DNA of 64,000 bases from the human T2T-CHM13v2.0 reference genome, Homo sapiens (GCF_009914755.1 NC_060936.1), one strand, 5' to 3'. Counted from the first letter of the stretch, positions 32,555 through 45,903 are shown. Numbers and translations: made by a program. Notes: a model not told the origin generated them from the letters alone.

Positions 32555-32963
32555 TGAGACATCTGTTTAGTAGCAGTTGTTATAGGAAGTGCTAAATTTT
32601 AGCATAAGGGTGGCTTCTCCTTTAATGAGGAGAAGTGGTCATTTCTAAATTTAGAAAACCATGTTTGGTCCTCAGGGGGAAAACTTTCTGTTATTTTTTT
32701 TTTAATTGCTTAAGAAGGTTAATGCACATTTCCTGGGGTTTAGTTTTGAGAAAAAGAGAAATACAATGTTTAATTCATTCAGTTATACTTACTAAAGTTC
32801 CTTTTCACAAAAGGAACTCTCCATTGCCATGACTTTTTGTTTTCAAAATATCACTGTATTGCAAAAGAAAGTCATATTGCTATGTTAGTGACAGCCTGGG
32901 CCTTTGTCATGTATCTCCTGGAGAGGTATTTGAATAGTAACCAATTTTCTCTCTCTTTTAAAG

Positions 32964-33027
32964 CAAATCTAGCAGAGCCGTTAGTGCATCTTCTCCAAGA
33001 AGGGCCGTTCATAAAAAAAACAACAAG
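32964..33027 (+). CDS. MYRFL: MYRFL coding exon G (basic, Ser-rich cytosolic linker)
   Basis: Pyrimidine tract and AAG 32961-32963, GTAAA at 33028. Phase 2/0, encodes (S)KSSRAVSASSPRRAVHKKNNK and joins F to H in frame. Confidence 0.88.
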
Positions 33028-35772
33028 GTAAATAGACACATTTACAATGAAAGGAAATGATGTTTTCTACTTAAAAAGTCTTTAGAGAAATCAGTCAAGA
33101 ATTTTTTTCTCATTTCTTTGTTCAGAAAATCCCTAGTTTGCATCCTTATGTACTATATGTGTTTAAATATTAGCCCTCTAGTACATATTAAATGGCTTTT
33201 AAAAGCAAAGTTTAGAGAAACGAGTACAGAATATGTCAGTCTCAGAATTATTATCTGCAAGTTTTTGTTTATGTTGTCCCCTTCAGGTGAAAGTCAGCAG
33301 CCTCGTCATACAGATGGCCTTGTGCTGCCAGATCTATGTACATGCCTTGACCGCCACCCCCTTATCTTTGGCTTTAGGAGATCCCAAAGGGACTTTAGTT
33401 AATCCTCAAATCCCTCTTTTCCCTTTGATATTTGGTACTAAATATGCAAATGGAAGAATAGGTATTCACTTGCTGGCAAAGGTTAAAATGTGATGGTTTT
33501 ATTAGTGAATAAAGAAAGCATTTATTAAGTAGGATAGTATTTATAGTTAAAGCGAAGGTTAATCATTTATTAACTTGAAGGACACCCTCTCCATCACGAG
33601 AAATATCAGTAAGGAAGAAGCTGCAATACACCCTTTCTAGCAGCACTTTGTAAGTAGCTACAAAACTCAGCTTGCTCCCTCTGATCCAGCAGTGGCCCAA
33701 AGGTGGCCCTTCCCTGGGGAAGATATCCATGACCTTAAATGACACCCTATTAAAAGTTGACTTGATGCTTGTGCCACTGCCTCAGTTTACTCTCTACTCC
33801 TCATGCTATACTGTGTTGAATTATTCTAAAAGGATTCAGAAAGAGTTCAAAATTCTTCTACTAAAAACAAGTAAAGTATTATGCAGCTGACAAGCTCCTT
33901 AGTGTATTGACAAACACAAATACCCAGGTAAAAATATACGTAGAAGTGCTCTGGGGCAAGTTACTCAACCACACTGGGAAATAGGGACAATTATAGTATT
34001 TACAAAGATTGTTGATGGGATTTAAATTAGGATTAGGGGAGCTAAAGCTCTTTGCACAGCACTCAGCACATAGTAGGTTACTCAATAAACACAAAACATG
34101 AATGTAGGAAAGGTACCCTTTGGACTAAACAGTTTTCAGTGGGACAGAGGGAATGGTATCCACATCTATGGCAGCCCTGATAGGTGCAGTTTGGTCACCT
34201 GCAATCTCTGTAGCTCCCATCTTGCAAAATAAGAGATTCTCTTTATTTTGCAGTTATCTCAGAATATTAACTAGAATATATGGCTCATGAGAGCAGGCCC
34301 TGTGTCTGCCTTCCTCACTCTCATGTCACTAGGGACTAGCACATAGTAGGCACTCAAGAAACGTTTATCAAATGAATACATGAGTGGAGAGCCCAGTATG
34401 AAAATATTCCCAGAAGTATGACAACTTAAATTAAAAAACATTAAGTGGCTCAGTGTCTTGGGTATGTGGGTGGGGTGTAAGCTGTGGTGCGGTCCCAGGG
34501 TCAGGGACTCATATAGGGCTTAAAGAGCACCCGTTCAACTCAGAGACCTCTTGCTGTCACTGTAGAGGGCATGTGGGAGGCAGAAAGGATGAGTCAGGTC
34601 TCTTCTAAGGAATTGCATTGTAGCCAGGGAAGATTGGAAAAAAATACAAAGAACAGTTGTACCTGGATGTCAGCAATGCTGCAGAGGCTCAGAGTGCCAG
34701 GAGGTTTATGAGAGTTGAGCCTTAAAGGAGGAGTAAGCTTTGGCTAGACATCAATGAAATTGAAGGAGAAGTTACAGATGGAATGGCATAAATGAAAGTC
34801 TGGTGGCTAGAACTGGCTTCCTTGAAGGATTAGGTGGGAGTTGTTTGTTTAGGGAAGATAGTGGAAGATGAAGCTGAAAATAAAGAAGCCATGAAGGCAT
34901 TTTGAATAATAACAATATCTAAGTTGTATAGTTTCCCTTCTTTAAAAACAGATAGTAAAAAGGAGGCAGCATAGCACTGTGGTTAAGAGCATAGATTCTG
35001 GAGCCAATTTTTGTGGGGTTCAAATTCCTGGCTGTGTGATTCATTAGCTGTGTGATCTCGAGTGAAACTTAGCCTTCCCCGTGTCTCATTTTCCCTATTT
35101 TTAAAATGGGATTGATAAAGGTACTTGCTTCATAGGGTTGTAGAGGATTATTGTGAGGATTAAATAAATTGATAGATGTAAAGCACTTAGAAGGGTGCAT
35201 GGCACATAGAAAGTGCTGCATAATAGGTTGTTATTAATGTGTTCAAACTCAATATTTTAGTGAATCTCATTTCAGACTTGTCCAGGGAGCTCAATAAAAC
35301 ACAAATAACCAAAGTGCTTGCTCCCTCTGTGCTGACCTGCTAACAGATCTGAGCTCTTCCTGTGAGGTTGACTTTTCCTTCCATGCCACGACTCATCTCC
35401 TAGTTGTCCTCTGTTCCTTGGGGACTCTGTGGGTCATGGAAATGCTTGTGTGTGAGTGGGGAGTGGTATTCTGGGGTAGGGTGGGGGTCTTGTTAATGAG
35501 CAAATTGATGCTGTGAGCAGTTAGTGGGTCTTACCAGCTGGTAAGAAGCCTGGCTGGGCCCTGCCTTTACTTCCACACAGCTCCCAATGCTGGCCAAGAT
35601 GGTGTTCATTCTGGAGGAAGATTGAAGTCTCCTGATGTAGCTCTCATTCAGTCAGTAGGGTTCCTCTTTTTTCCCTCTCTTTCTCCACCTCCAAGAGGTA
35701 GGTGGGTCATTCTTGCTATACGTAGGACTCAGGATGAGATAGGAAGCTCCCCAGGGTTCAAATAAGAATTCA

Positions 35773-36110
<338 letters not shown>

Positions 36111-36794
36111 AACACGGATAAATACTTTTTATTGTCCTACCTCTTACAGGTTCCCAGTCCCTACCCTCCCCCAAATAAAACCTATTGAATCAGAATTTTA
36201 CATGTAGGGCATTTAGGGTTTTCTCAAGCACCATAGTAATTCTATGCACACCTTAATTTGAGAGCCATTACACTGTTCATTGGATATGCCTAATAACTCC
36301 AAAAAGTAGGCAGGCATTATTTTATTATTCCTATTTTACTGATAAAGAAAATGAGGATCAATAACATTTAGATAACTTGAAGACTCAACTCTAAGTCTGA
36401 CTCCAGGTCTTAGGCCATTTCTCTATATTAGGTCAAAGGATTTTGAGGAAAAGCATGGAGACTTAAAATAATTCAGCAGCTGTGGGGGTAGGTTGAAGGG
36501 GAAAGCACTTACCCTGAGACTAATCCTATTTAATTCCAGTCAATTCAACAAATTTCATTGAGTTTCTTCTCTGTGCAGTACACTATTAAGACGTCCTCCG
36601 AACAGTTTCTGTGAGACCTCAGAACAGTATAAACCATTGACTTCTTGGTCATCAGAGCAGCTTCCAGCTGTACTTACAGATGACTCAGTTACAATAGCCC
36701 TAAGGGTCTGTGTACTTGGTAAAAATGGTATAGTGAATCCTATGCCCCTACCCTATGTTACATTGAAGAACATTTACTTTAGTCAGATAACTAG

Positions 36795-36896
36795 CCCAAT
36801 AAATTAAGCCAAGAACCAACTTAAAATTATTACCACCTTATTCTACCCAATAAATTAAACCAAGAACCAATTTAAAACTATTACTACCTTATTCTA
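36795..36896 (+). repeat. Tandem duplication, 2 x 51 bp
   Basis: CCCAATAAATTAA(G/A)CCAAGAACCAA...CCTTATTCTA twice, 47/51 identical. Confidence 0.92.
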
Positions 36897-37789
36897 ATAC
36901 CCTAATAACCAAAAGCATGACTCTATCCCATATCCCCAGAAGCAAGCAGATATAATACTCCTTATTGCATTTATAGGAAACTCATATTTAAGTAGCACCT
37001 CATTTAAGTGGGCAGAAAACTTCTATCTCTTCAGCCAGATTCCCCAGCAGTTCCACAGCTGTTATTCTGCAGCTCTTGGCCTGTTCCCCATATGCAAGTT
37101 TTTATACCAATATGTATCAGTCCTAAAGTTTTGTCTCATTCACGTCCTGGAGACTATAATTTACTGATTTTCATGTCTCCTATAGTGTTGTACATAATAC
37201 TGCTCAATAAATATTGTTGAATGAATATGAGAACAAATAAGACACAGGCCCAGAGATATCTGTATATACAGGTGACAAATTGAATACTGGTGTTATAATT
37301 TTAAAAAGTGTTTAGTGGGATTTCATTCTATAAAAACCTTTTTCATAATTTGTCATGATACCCGAAATCATTCCATTGGAATTCATCTCTTCATGTCTTG
37401 AAGATCTTTTGATTTTCAAAAGTATCCTACTCAAAGAGATGCACATCATCTGTGGTCTGACAACATCTCATCTCAGGTCCCCGTTTCTCATAAAACTGCA
37501 AAGATAAGTAAGTGCCCAATGAATGGCAAAGATCATTGTCTGCAGGATGTCTGGGAAAAGGGAGATTGCTGTAGCTTGGAATTTCAAGGAAAGGGAGGTA
37601 CTTGAGATAGACTTTGAAAGAATGTTGTTTTCAGAGAGGCAGGGAGGAGGAAAGAGATGTAAATTGAGGCAAGCACTCAAACTATCCCAAGAGAGCAGCA
37701 AATACCCCTGCTGGGAGCAGTTCTCCAGGCTCCCTTCTCACAGTTAGAGTTGCTAATTTATCACTGCTCATTACTGAACCTTTTTATAG

Positions 37790-37875
37790 GTTTATTTTTC
37801 AGGAAAAAGACAGGCGTGTCCTAATTGGGTTTTCCAGACCTTGGTTATAACTCTGATTGCTGTGATGGCATTTTG
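37790..37875 (+). CDS. MYRFL: MYRFL coding exon H (first half of transmembrane helix)
   Basis: tttttatAG 37788-37789, GTAAG at 37876. Encodes VYFSGKRQACPNWVFQTLVITLIAVMAF(C). Confidence 0.9.
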
Positions 37876-38140
37876 GTAAGAAAAAGTTCACTGTTATGCC
37901 ATGTCAAGCTCTTTTGTTCCTTCCCATGTTTCTTTTATCACATATGAACTGGGGACTGGCCTGTTTACTTTGAAGACAAGAAGCCCTTTAAACTGGACAC
38001 TGAACTCTGATAGCATAGAAATGAGGGAACCTTTTTTGAAAACTCTTATTTTGAAGAAAAAAGCACAGGCTTTCTGCCTTAAATGTGACATGATTTTTTT
38101 TCAATTAACTGCTATGTTTAGCAGCAAACTGTGCCTTTCG

Positions 38141-38146
38141 TGTGTG

Positions 38147-38179
<33 letters not shown>

Positions 38180-38189
38180 ATGTGTGTAT
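38141..38189 (+). repeat. (TG)n microsatellite, imperfect
   Basis: Visible TG dinucleotide run with interruptions. Confidence 0.95.
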
Positions 38190-39428
38190 GTCTTTCTTAG
38201 CTTTGCAAACAAAGAGTTTTCTCAAACTCTGTTTTCTTTTCTGTTGACCTTGGAGAAAGAAGTAAATAGGAAATCAAGTATAATCCACTCTCCCCTGGTC
38301 ACTCATATTTATGGTAACTCTTCTGGATTCTTCAGTGAAGACTTTTCACCAAAGGGACACCAAGATATACCATGTGATGGAATTGTAGCCAAATCTACTA
38401 AGCAGTTAAACCAAGCAAATACAGTGAGGACAGCAGTATTTGCTATGCAAATTGGGCAACTTTTGACACCATCCCGCCTCTGCAGCCCGCAAAGGCGGGA
38501 GGCAGCCTTTGCTAGAATGCAGGGCCCTTTCTCAGGCCTCTAGGCTTCTGCTGCTATGATTCCCCTCCCCCACCACACTGGGCCTTTGAAACCTGGTCAT
38601 CTTGCTGTGTTCTCTTGCCCGTCTTCTCTGGGCCTTTGAGTGCACCTGTTTTTTTCTTAGTCTGACTATTCATATGGTGAAAGGGTATTTATCTGTCACT
38701 CAAAAAATGCTTTGTTTGTTAGCATGGGAAAGGACTGGCTTCTGGGGCCCGTCTTAGGGGAGACAATTATTCTCAGGGGCAAAGCAAGCTGTGGTCTCAA
38801 GGTGCTTCCAGTTCCTTGACCTAAAGCAGCATCCTAGCTACAGAAGATAGTGTAGCTTTATCTGTGCCCTTCTTGTTCCTTAGTGTTTTTGCTTTTGACT
38901 TGCTACTGCCCACTGTAGGGAGATAATTTGACACGACTACCTAGAATTCCCATTAGAAACCTTTGCACTTTTCTTAGTCTCCCAAGTGTGCCTGTCTTCT
39001 CCTGCTGGGATTCCCAACTCAGGAGAGTGTGAACCTCTATCTTAGTGGACATCCTTAGTATTCTCTAGAGACACAGATTCCCAGCCCGGTGGAAAAGTTA
39101 TAAGAAGTCTAATTGTAAGGTAAAGAGACTGCTTTTTAAACATGCTTATTAGGTCTTATTTTTTCCAATACTGTTTACCACTAAGACTGTAGATGGTAGG
39201 TATTGGGTTTGTTATCTTGCCTCTGGCCTGTGGTATACCTGAGTAGGGTCAAAACCAGGGTTTGCCCCCGAAGAATGGAACAGATGTGTCCATTTCATTA
39301 TATGGTCCTAGAAGTTTTCTGGGCTATGCGTTGAGGCAGATGCTGGACACAAATCATAAAGAGTATTTTAGAATTGGAATGGGGAGATGGAGAGTGGGAG
39401 AGGTAGGAGAACAAAGAAGGGGAGACTG

Positions 39429-40299
39429 TGACACAGGACTTTTCTCAGCCTTTTCGCTGGACTCACAGCAGTGGTGCCCCATCTACTTGGCCCGCTGTGG
39501 TCAGCTGAGTGGGAGCACATGAGAGAGTGAGTGCAGGGTTTGGTCGGCCACTCCAGGTGCTGATACAGGAGCAATCTCCATGCAGGGCTCATGGCCAGTC
39601 CAGGCATGTCACCCCAAGGGGAATGGGGCAGTGCCCTGGTGAGGGTGCCTGGGACCCTGAAGCCCCAGAGGGGGTGTTAGGGTGCTAATTAGTGTTTTTA
39701 GCTCTGCCATCTGCAGCCCAATGAACAGCAGAGTGTCCTGGCTTTGTCACATGGGGCAGCTGCCCTCCACTGGTGAAGGCAAAGGGCCAATGACACAGCC
39801 TTTCTGGGTACCCATGCTCGGTGAGTCCCAAGCTCTTGTCCAGCGTCTGAGAAGAATGAGGTCACACTGATGATTGATTGAAGAGTGATGAAAGCAGAGA
39901 ATTTTATTGAGCAAAGAAAACAGCTCTCAGCAAAGAGGGGAGCTGAAAAAGGGACAGAAAGTTCAGGTCGTCTTTCCTGAAGTCAGGTTGTCTCTTCCCT
40001 GAAGTCAGGTCATCTCTTCCCCAAATTCAGGTTATCTCTGTCTCTACTGACTGAGGCTGATGTTTTTATAGGCACAGGATAGGGGCACGGCAGGCCATAG
40101 GTAGTATTGGAAAAGGCAACATTTGATTGGTTGAAAGGCATTATTCAGAAAGACCCACTTGGGAGAGAGTGGGAAAAAAACAGGAATAGAAGTTCTCACT
40201 CTGGGCTGTGGGTTTCAGGCTGGTTTTGGCTTGAAGGTGGGGTTTCACTGGGGACCCAACCCTGTTTGGCTAGGATTTCTCTGCCTCCTGCCTCTATTA
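39429..40299 (-). mobile_element. Solo ERV1 LTR (LTR27/LTR28/MER52-like group)
   Basis: 4-bp TSD ACTG (39425-39428 and 40300-40303). Minus strand starts ...AGAGGCAGGAGGCAGAGAAATCC...GAAACCCCACCTTCAAGCC; TATAAA and AATAAA on the minus strand; internal ~20-bp tandem repeat at 39958-40040. Confidence 0.75.
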
Positions 40300-41100
40300 A
40301 CTGGACCACAGCAAACAGTTGCCACGATGACACTATAAACTCTCTCTGACAGCATCTTTGGGGTTCATCATCACTTTTCCCAGGCAGGGCTGTGCCTGCT
40401 GGGCAGCAACCAGCTGCTGCTGAGAACACTTTGGGAATTTGTTCTTTATAAGCACATATGGCACAGTTTTTTTTTTGTGTATCCTAATGATGGTAAATCC
40501 AGCACCTTTGATGGGAAGCAAAATAATGAGGAGTCAAGTTTGGAGAACCAGGTGTGAAGTCAAACTGGCAAGAAGTCAAGTCAGGTAACTCTTTCAAGCC
40601 TAGCACAAAACAGTGCTGTAAAGCCATCAGCAGACTTTCTGTGTGACTTGTGAGAGGGTTCTGAAGATGTCCCCCAAAGAGGAGAACACTAAGTATTTGG
40701 ATGCATGAGGATTGTTGGGAATAGCTTCCCAAGGCTCGGAACTCTTAAGGAAAGCTTCCATTTGTTTATGTAAGTTCCAGTGATGGGGGAGAAGACACCC
40801 TCGTTATTTTTGAAGTCTCACAGTGTGGAAACAAATACTTTCTTGCAGTTCTTTTCCTTCCTCTGACCTGTTCAGCGTATTGTGCTCTGAAAAGACAGGC
40901 AGCCGGAAGGAAGATGTCAGAGAAGCAGCCAGAGGGTTTGGCATCCACAGCTGACTAGACCTGTGCCGCCTTCCATCTCCCAATGCGACAGTGCCAATGC
41001 CCTCCACCGGTGGCACGCAAACTGTGCTCTGACTCTTTCCTGCAAGGAGCAGTTGCCTCCAGCAACTTACATGCTTCCTCTTGTAATCTTCCACTAGTGA

Positions 41101-41463
<363 letters not shown>

Positions 41464-41557
41464 TGAGAGTTCAGTTCAATTTTCTGGCCTAAAATTCCTT
41501 TGGAGAGAAGGATTTTTGCAGCCCTCTTTCATTAATCATTTCATTCTTTTTCTCCAG

Positions 41558-41610
41558 CAATATCACAAGCTCACAGGAGCCGGCTCTGCTGCCCACAGCC
41601 TCCTCCTCAG
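41558..41610 (+). CDS. MYRFL: MYRFL coding exon J (lumenal Ser/Thr/Pro-rich stalk)
   Basis: ctccAG 41556-41557, GTAAA at 41611. Encodes (S)NITSSQEPALLPTASSS(A); upstream intron is 95 nt. Confidence 0.88.
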
Positions 41611-41654
41611 GTAAAGGCTTCACATTCCTCACCCTCAAACCCGGTTTCAAGTGA

Positions 41655-41912
<258 letters not shown>

Positions 41913-42442
41913 TGATGTTCAAAGAGAAACAACTAGAGCTTTGAACTTGAGGTTGTTTTTCTTGTCACAATTTACTTAGATGGTCATTAATGGTTCCAGA
42001 TAATGGTTCCATGCTTCTATTTGGGGTGGCAAAATCTTTAAAACACAAATACACAACTGCCAATCATCTGTAATATTGAGTTCCTTGCCCAGGAATGAAA
42101 TTTTGGTTGATTCAAGTACTTATAATTTTCACCAAGTGAAAGGTTCTCATTTGTCCATTGCCAACAAGGATAGTAATAGTAGCACAAGCGAAGTAATTAC
42201 ATGCACGTGGGTGGATTTTTTGGGCTCATTTAGAGTTTAAAAAATGATGTGGTATCTGGGCTCTCTGCCTAAACTGACTAGGGCAAAATGTAAGAGACTT
42301 TGGAAACTCTAATTTAGAGTTCAGGGTGAGATTTAAGGCAGTGAAAAACACAAGACTGGCATTCCACTTTCAGAATAACTTTCCTCTTCCTCCTAGGGAC
42401 ACACACACACATACATACATACCAATGTTATTCAAGTAACAC

Positions 42443-42560
42443 AATTTTCATGGTAAAAAAAAGTATAGAAACTTAATCAAGGGCTGCAAGTGTAATCATA
42501 TCCATAAGATTACATACAAGTCTTCCAAATGTATACTAATTTATTATTGTTTTTAGAAAT
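42443..42560 (+). repeat. Copy 1 of a ~118-bp dispersed direct repeat (copy 2 at 50957-51388, split by AluYa5)
   Basis: AATTTTCATG...TATAGAAACTTAATCAAGGGCT...GTATACTAATTTATTATTGTTTTTAGAAAT is present twice. Confidence 0.93.
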
Positions 42561-42624
42561 TTTATTCTATATATACATATTAATAAATAGTAATATTAAT
42601 GATGATGCTAATAAGGATACATAT

Positions 42625-43027
42625 TACTATGGCTTATTGATTAGGATACTGTCATAACAACAACTCTTAAATAACAGTGGCTTCTTTATGGCAACAATTT
42701 AATTCTGAGTCACTCTATATATTAAATGTGAATCAAAAGACAGTTCTTGGTCATCATGTCATTTAAAGTCCAGCTGATGAAGATTCCATCACAATAATTA
42801 TTTCCACAGTCTCCGTAGTAGTGGTAAAAGAACAAGGCAAATTATGTTCCGACTCTTAAAGCTTCCACCTATGTATAACACATATCACCTCTGCTTATAC
42901 TTCATTGGCCAAAGCAAGTCACGTCACATTGGTCATGTCTAATTTTTAAACGGATGGGGAAGAACAGATCTAACATGTATGGAGAAGATGAACCAGAATA
43001 CTTATAAGTGGTGCTAATGACCTACAT
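42625..43027. mobile_element. Old MaLR LTR (MLT1J/K-like)
   Basis: TCATTGGCCAAAGCAAGTCAC and ACAGTGGCTT motifs. Confidence 0.6.
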
Positions 43028-44860
43028 AGAATATGGTCAGTGGTTGAAATGTTGGGGTGCAATGTAATTTCCTTTCCCTTTTGACATTATTGCATATCCT
43101 AGTCTTGGTTAAATAACTTTTACAAATTGTCATCATCATCATGATTATCATGTTGTAATGAGGTATTACTCTACGCTAGGTACTGTCATAAGTAGTTTAC
43201 ATGAGTAAATCATTTAATCTTCACAAGCCTACAAACGAGGTGCTTTTATTATCCCAATTTTTTTTTCCAGTGGGGAAGCTGAGACACAGAGAGTTCTTTC
43301 ACTACAGCAATAGGAGACAATGAGCTTTTCTCATGAAAACTATTTTTGATTGAACTTAGGAGCAGATGCATCACTATGGAGTAGAACTAAAAACTTCATT
43401 TTAAAGAAAGGAATTCATTTCAGTCATCTTATTCTCAATATTTTTAAATATGAAAAAATCTAGAACTATCACAGAAATCCCCAAGGCTTTTATCCCTTGT
43501 GAAAGCACATGGAACCTTGTGGCTGGTAAACACTTTTCTTACTTTGGGAGCCCATGCTGGAGACACTTGATGTTCTTTTCTCAAAGCGGTCCTCAGAAGA
43601 GACCATCTCACCTATGAGAGATGTACTAATAACAGATCCTGAATAGGAAGAGGTCGTAGACTGGTCCACTCTTCATTTTCAAGGGTTTCTTGACCTCTGA
43701 ACAAGTTCATTCCTGAAGTAACCAGCTGTTCACATCAAGGGAATATAGTCATGTGCCACATAATGATGTTTCAGTCAACAATGGACCATATATACACTAG
43801 TGGCCCCATAAGATAATAATTGAGCTGAAAAATTATTATTGCCTGGTGATGTCTTGATGATCCTGACCTTGTACAGGCCAGGCTAATGTGTATATTTGCA
43901 CTTTAGTTTTTAATGAAAAGGTTTAAAAGTAAAAAAAAATTTTAAATAAAAAAAGCTTATAAAATAAAGATATAGGAATAGGAACAGCTCCGGTCTACAG
44001 CTCCCAGCCTGAGCGATGCAGAAGACGGGTGATTTCTGCATTTCCCTCTGAGGTACCGGGTTCATCTCACTAGGGAGTGCCAGACAGTGGGCGCAGGTCA
44101 GTGGGTGCGCGCACCGTGCGCGAGCCGAAGCAGGGCGAGGCATTGCCTCACCCGGGAAGCGCAGGGTTCAGGGAGTTCCCTTTCCTAATCAAAGAAAGGG
44201 GTGACGGATGGCACCTGGAAAATCGGGTCACTCCCACCCGAATACTGCGCATTTCCGACGGGCTTAAAAAATGGCGCACCACGAGATTATATCCCGCACC
44301 TGGCTCGGAGGGTCCTACCCCATGGAGTCTCGCTGATTGCTAGCACAGCAGTCTGAGATCAAACTGCAAGGCGGCAGCGAGGCTGGGGGAGGGGCGCCCA
44401 CCATTGCCCAGGCTTGCTTAGGTAAACAAAGCAACCAGGAAGCTCGAACTGGGTGGAGCCCACCACAGCTCAAGGAGGCCTGCCTGCCTGTGTAGGCTCC
44501 ACCTCTGGGGGCAGGGCACAGACAAACAAAAAGACAGCAGTAACCTCTGCAGACTTAAATGTCCCTGTCTGACAGCTTTGAAGAGAGCAGTGGTTCTCCC
44601 AGCACGCAGCTGGAGATCTGAGAACGGGCAGACTGCCTCCTCAAGTGGGTCCCTGACCCCTGACCCCCGAGCAGCCTAACTGGGAGGCACCCTCCAGCAG
44701 GGGCACACTGACACCTCACACGGCAGGGTACTCCAACAGACCTGCAGCTGAGGGTCCTGTCTGTTAGAAGGAAAACTAACAAACAGAAAGGACATCCACA
44801 CCAAAAACCCATCTGTACATCACCATCATCAAAGACCAAAAGTAGAAAAAAACCACAAAG

Positions 44861-45883
44861 ATGGGGAAAAAACAGAACAGAAAAACTGGAAACTCTAAAA
44901 ATCAGAGCGCCTCTCCTCCTCCAAAGGAACACAGTTCCTCACCAGCAACGGAACAAAGCTGGACGGAGAATGACTTTGACGAGCTGAGAGAAGAAGGCTT
45001 CAGACGATCAAATTACTCTGAGCTACGGGAGGACATTCAAACCAAAGGCAAAGAAGTTGAAAACTTTGAAAAAAATTTAGAAGAATGTATGACTAGAATA
45101 ACCAATACAGAGAAGTGCTTAAAGGAGCTGATGGAGCTGAAAACCAAGGTTCGAGAACTACGTGAAGAATGCAGAAGCCTCAGGAGCCAATGCGATCAAC
45201 TGGAAGAAAGGGTATCAGCAATGGAAGATGAAATGGATGAAATGAATGAAATGAAGCGAGAAGGAAAGTTTAGAGAAAAAAGAATAAAAAGAAATGAGCA
45301 AAGCCTCCAAGAAATATGGGACTATGTGAAAAGACCAAATCTACGTCTGACTGGTGTACCTGAAAGTGATGGGGAGAATGGAACCAAGTTGGAAAACACT
45401 CTGCAGGATATTACCCAGGAGAATTTCCCCAATCTAGCACGGCAGGCCAACGTTCAGATTCAGGAACTACAGAGAACACCACAAAGATACTCCTCGAGAA
45501 GAGCAACTCCAAGACACATAATTGTCAGATTCACCAAAGTTGAAATGAAGGAAAAAATGTTAAGGGCAGCCAGAGAGAAAGGTCGGGTTACCCTCAAAGG
45601 GAAGCCCATCAGACTAACAGCGGATCTCTCGGCAGAAACCCTACAAGCCAGAAGAGAGTGGGGGCCAATATTCAACATTCTTAAAGAAAATAATTTTCAA
45701 CCCAGAATTTCATATCCAGCCAAACTAAGCTTCATAAGTGAAGGAGAAATAAAATACTTTACAGACAAGCAAATGCTGAGAGATTTTGTCACCACCAGGC
45801 CTGCCCTAAAAGAGCTCCTGAAGGAAGTGCTAAACATGGAAAGGAACAACCGGTACCAGCCACTGCAAAATCATCGAGGCTAG
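44861..45883 (+). CDS. L1 ORF1p (open, 340 aa variant)
   Basis: Starts MGKKQNRKTGNSK, with coiled coil, RRM (RRATPRH), REKG, ARR and YPAKLS motifs. Carries a DEM duplication and an altered C-terminus. Confidence 0.9.
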   Translation: MGKKQNRKTGNSKNQSASPPPKEHSSSPATEQSWTENDFDELREEGFRRSNYSELREDIQTKGKEVENFEKNLEECMTRITNTEKCLKELMELKTKVRELREECRSLRSQCDQLEERVSAMEDEMDEMNEMKREGKFREKRIKRNEQSLQEIWDYVKRPNLRLTGVPESDGENGTKLENTLQDITQENFPNLARQANVQIQELQRTPQRYSSRRATPRHIIVRFTKVEMKEKMLRAAREKGRVTLKGKPIRLTADLSAETLQARREWGPIFNILKENNFQPRISYPAKLSFISEGEIKYFTDKQMLRDFVTTRPALKELLKEVLNMERNNRYQPLQNHRG

Positions 45884-45903
45884 GAAGAAACTGCATCAAC
45901 TAA

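Noticed and set aside
33286-33400. Possible extra MYRFL exon after ccccttcAG at about 33287
   Set aside because: Exons G and H already join in frame, I found no convincing donor, and the peptide shows no MYRF-like similarity.
33557-33570. HNF1-like motif GGTTAATCATTTAT
   Set aside because: An imperfect single motif in AT-rich sequence; it cannot be told from chance without chromatin data.
38142-38543. 133-aa ORF starting MCVCVCV
   Set aside because: It begins in a (TG)n microsatellite at a non-ATG start, with no recognisable domain or splice support.
39958-40040. Repeated GAAGTCAGGT..TCTCTTCC units resembling an array
   Set aside because: Head-to-tail internal repeats of the ERV1 LTR with no unique spacers; eukaryotic context, not CRISPR.
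44315-44404. L1 antisense ORF0
   Set aside because: The ATG is present (44404, minus strand), but a 1-nt deletion relative to the recalled consensus gives MVGAPPPASLPPCSLISDCCASNQRDSMG* and the ORF is truncated.
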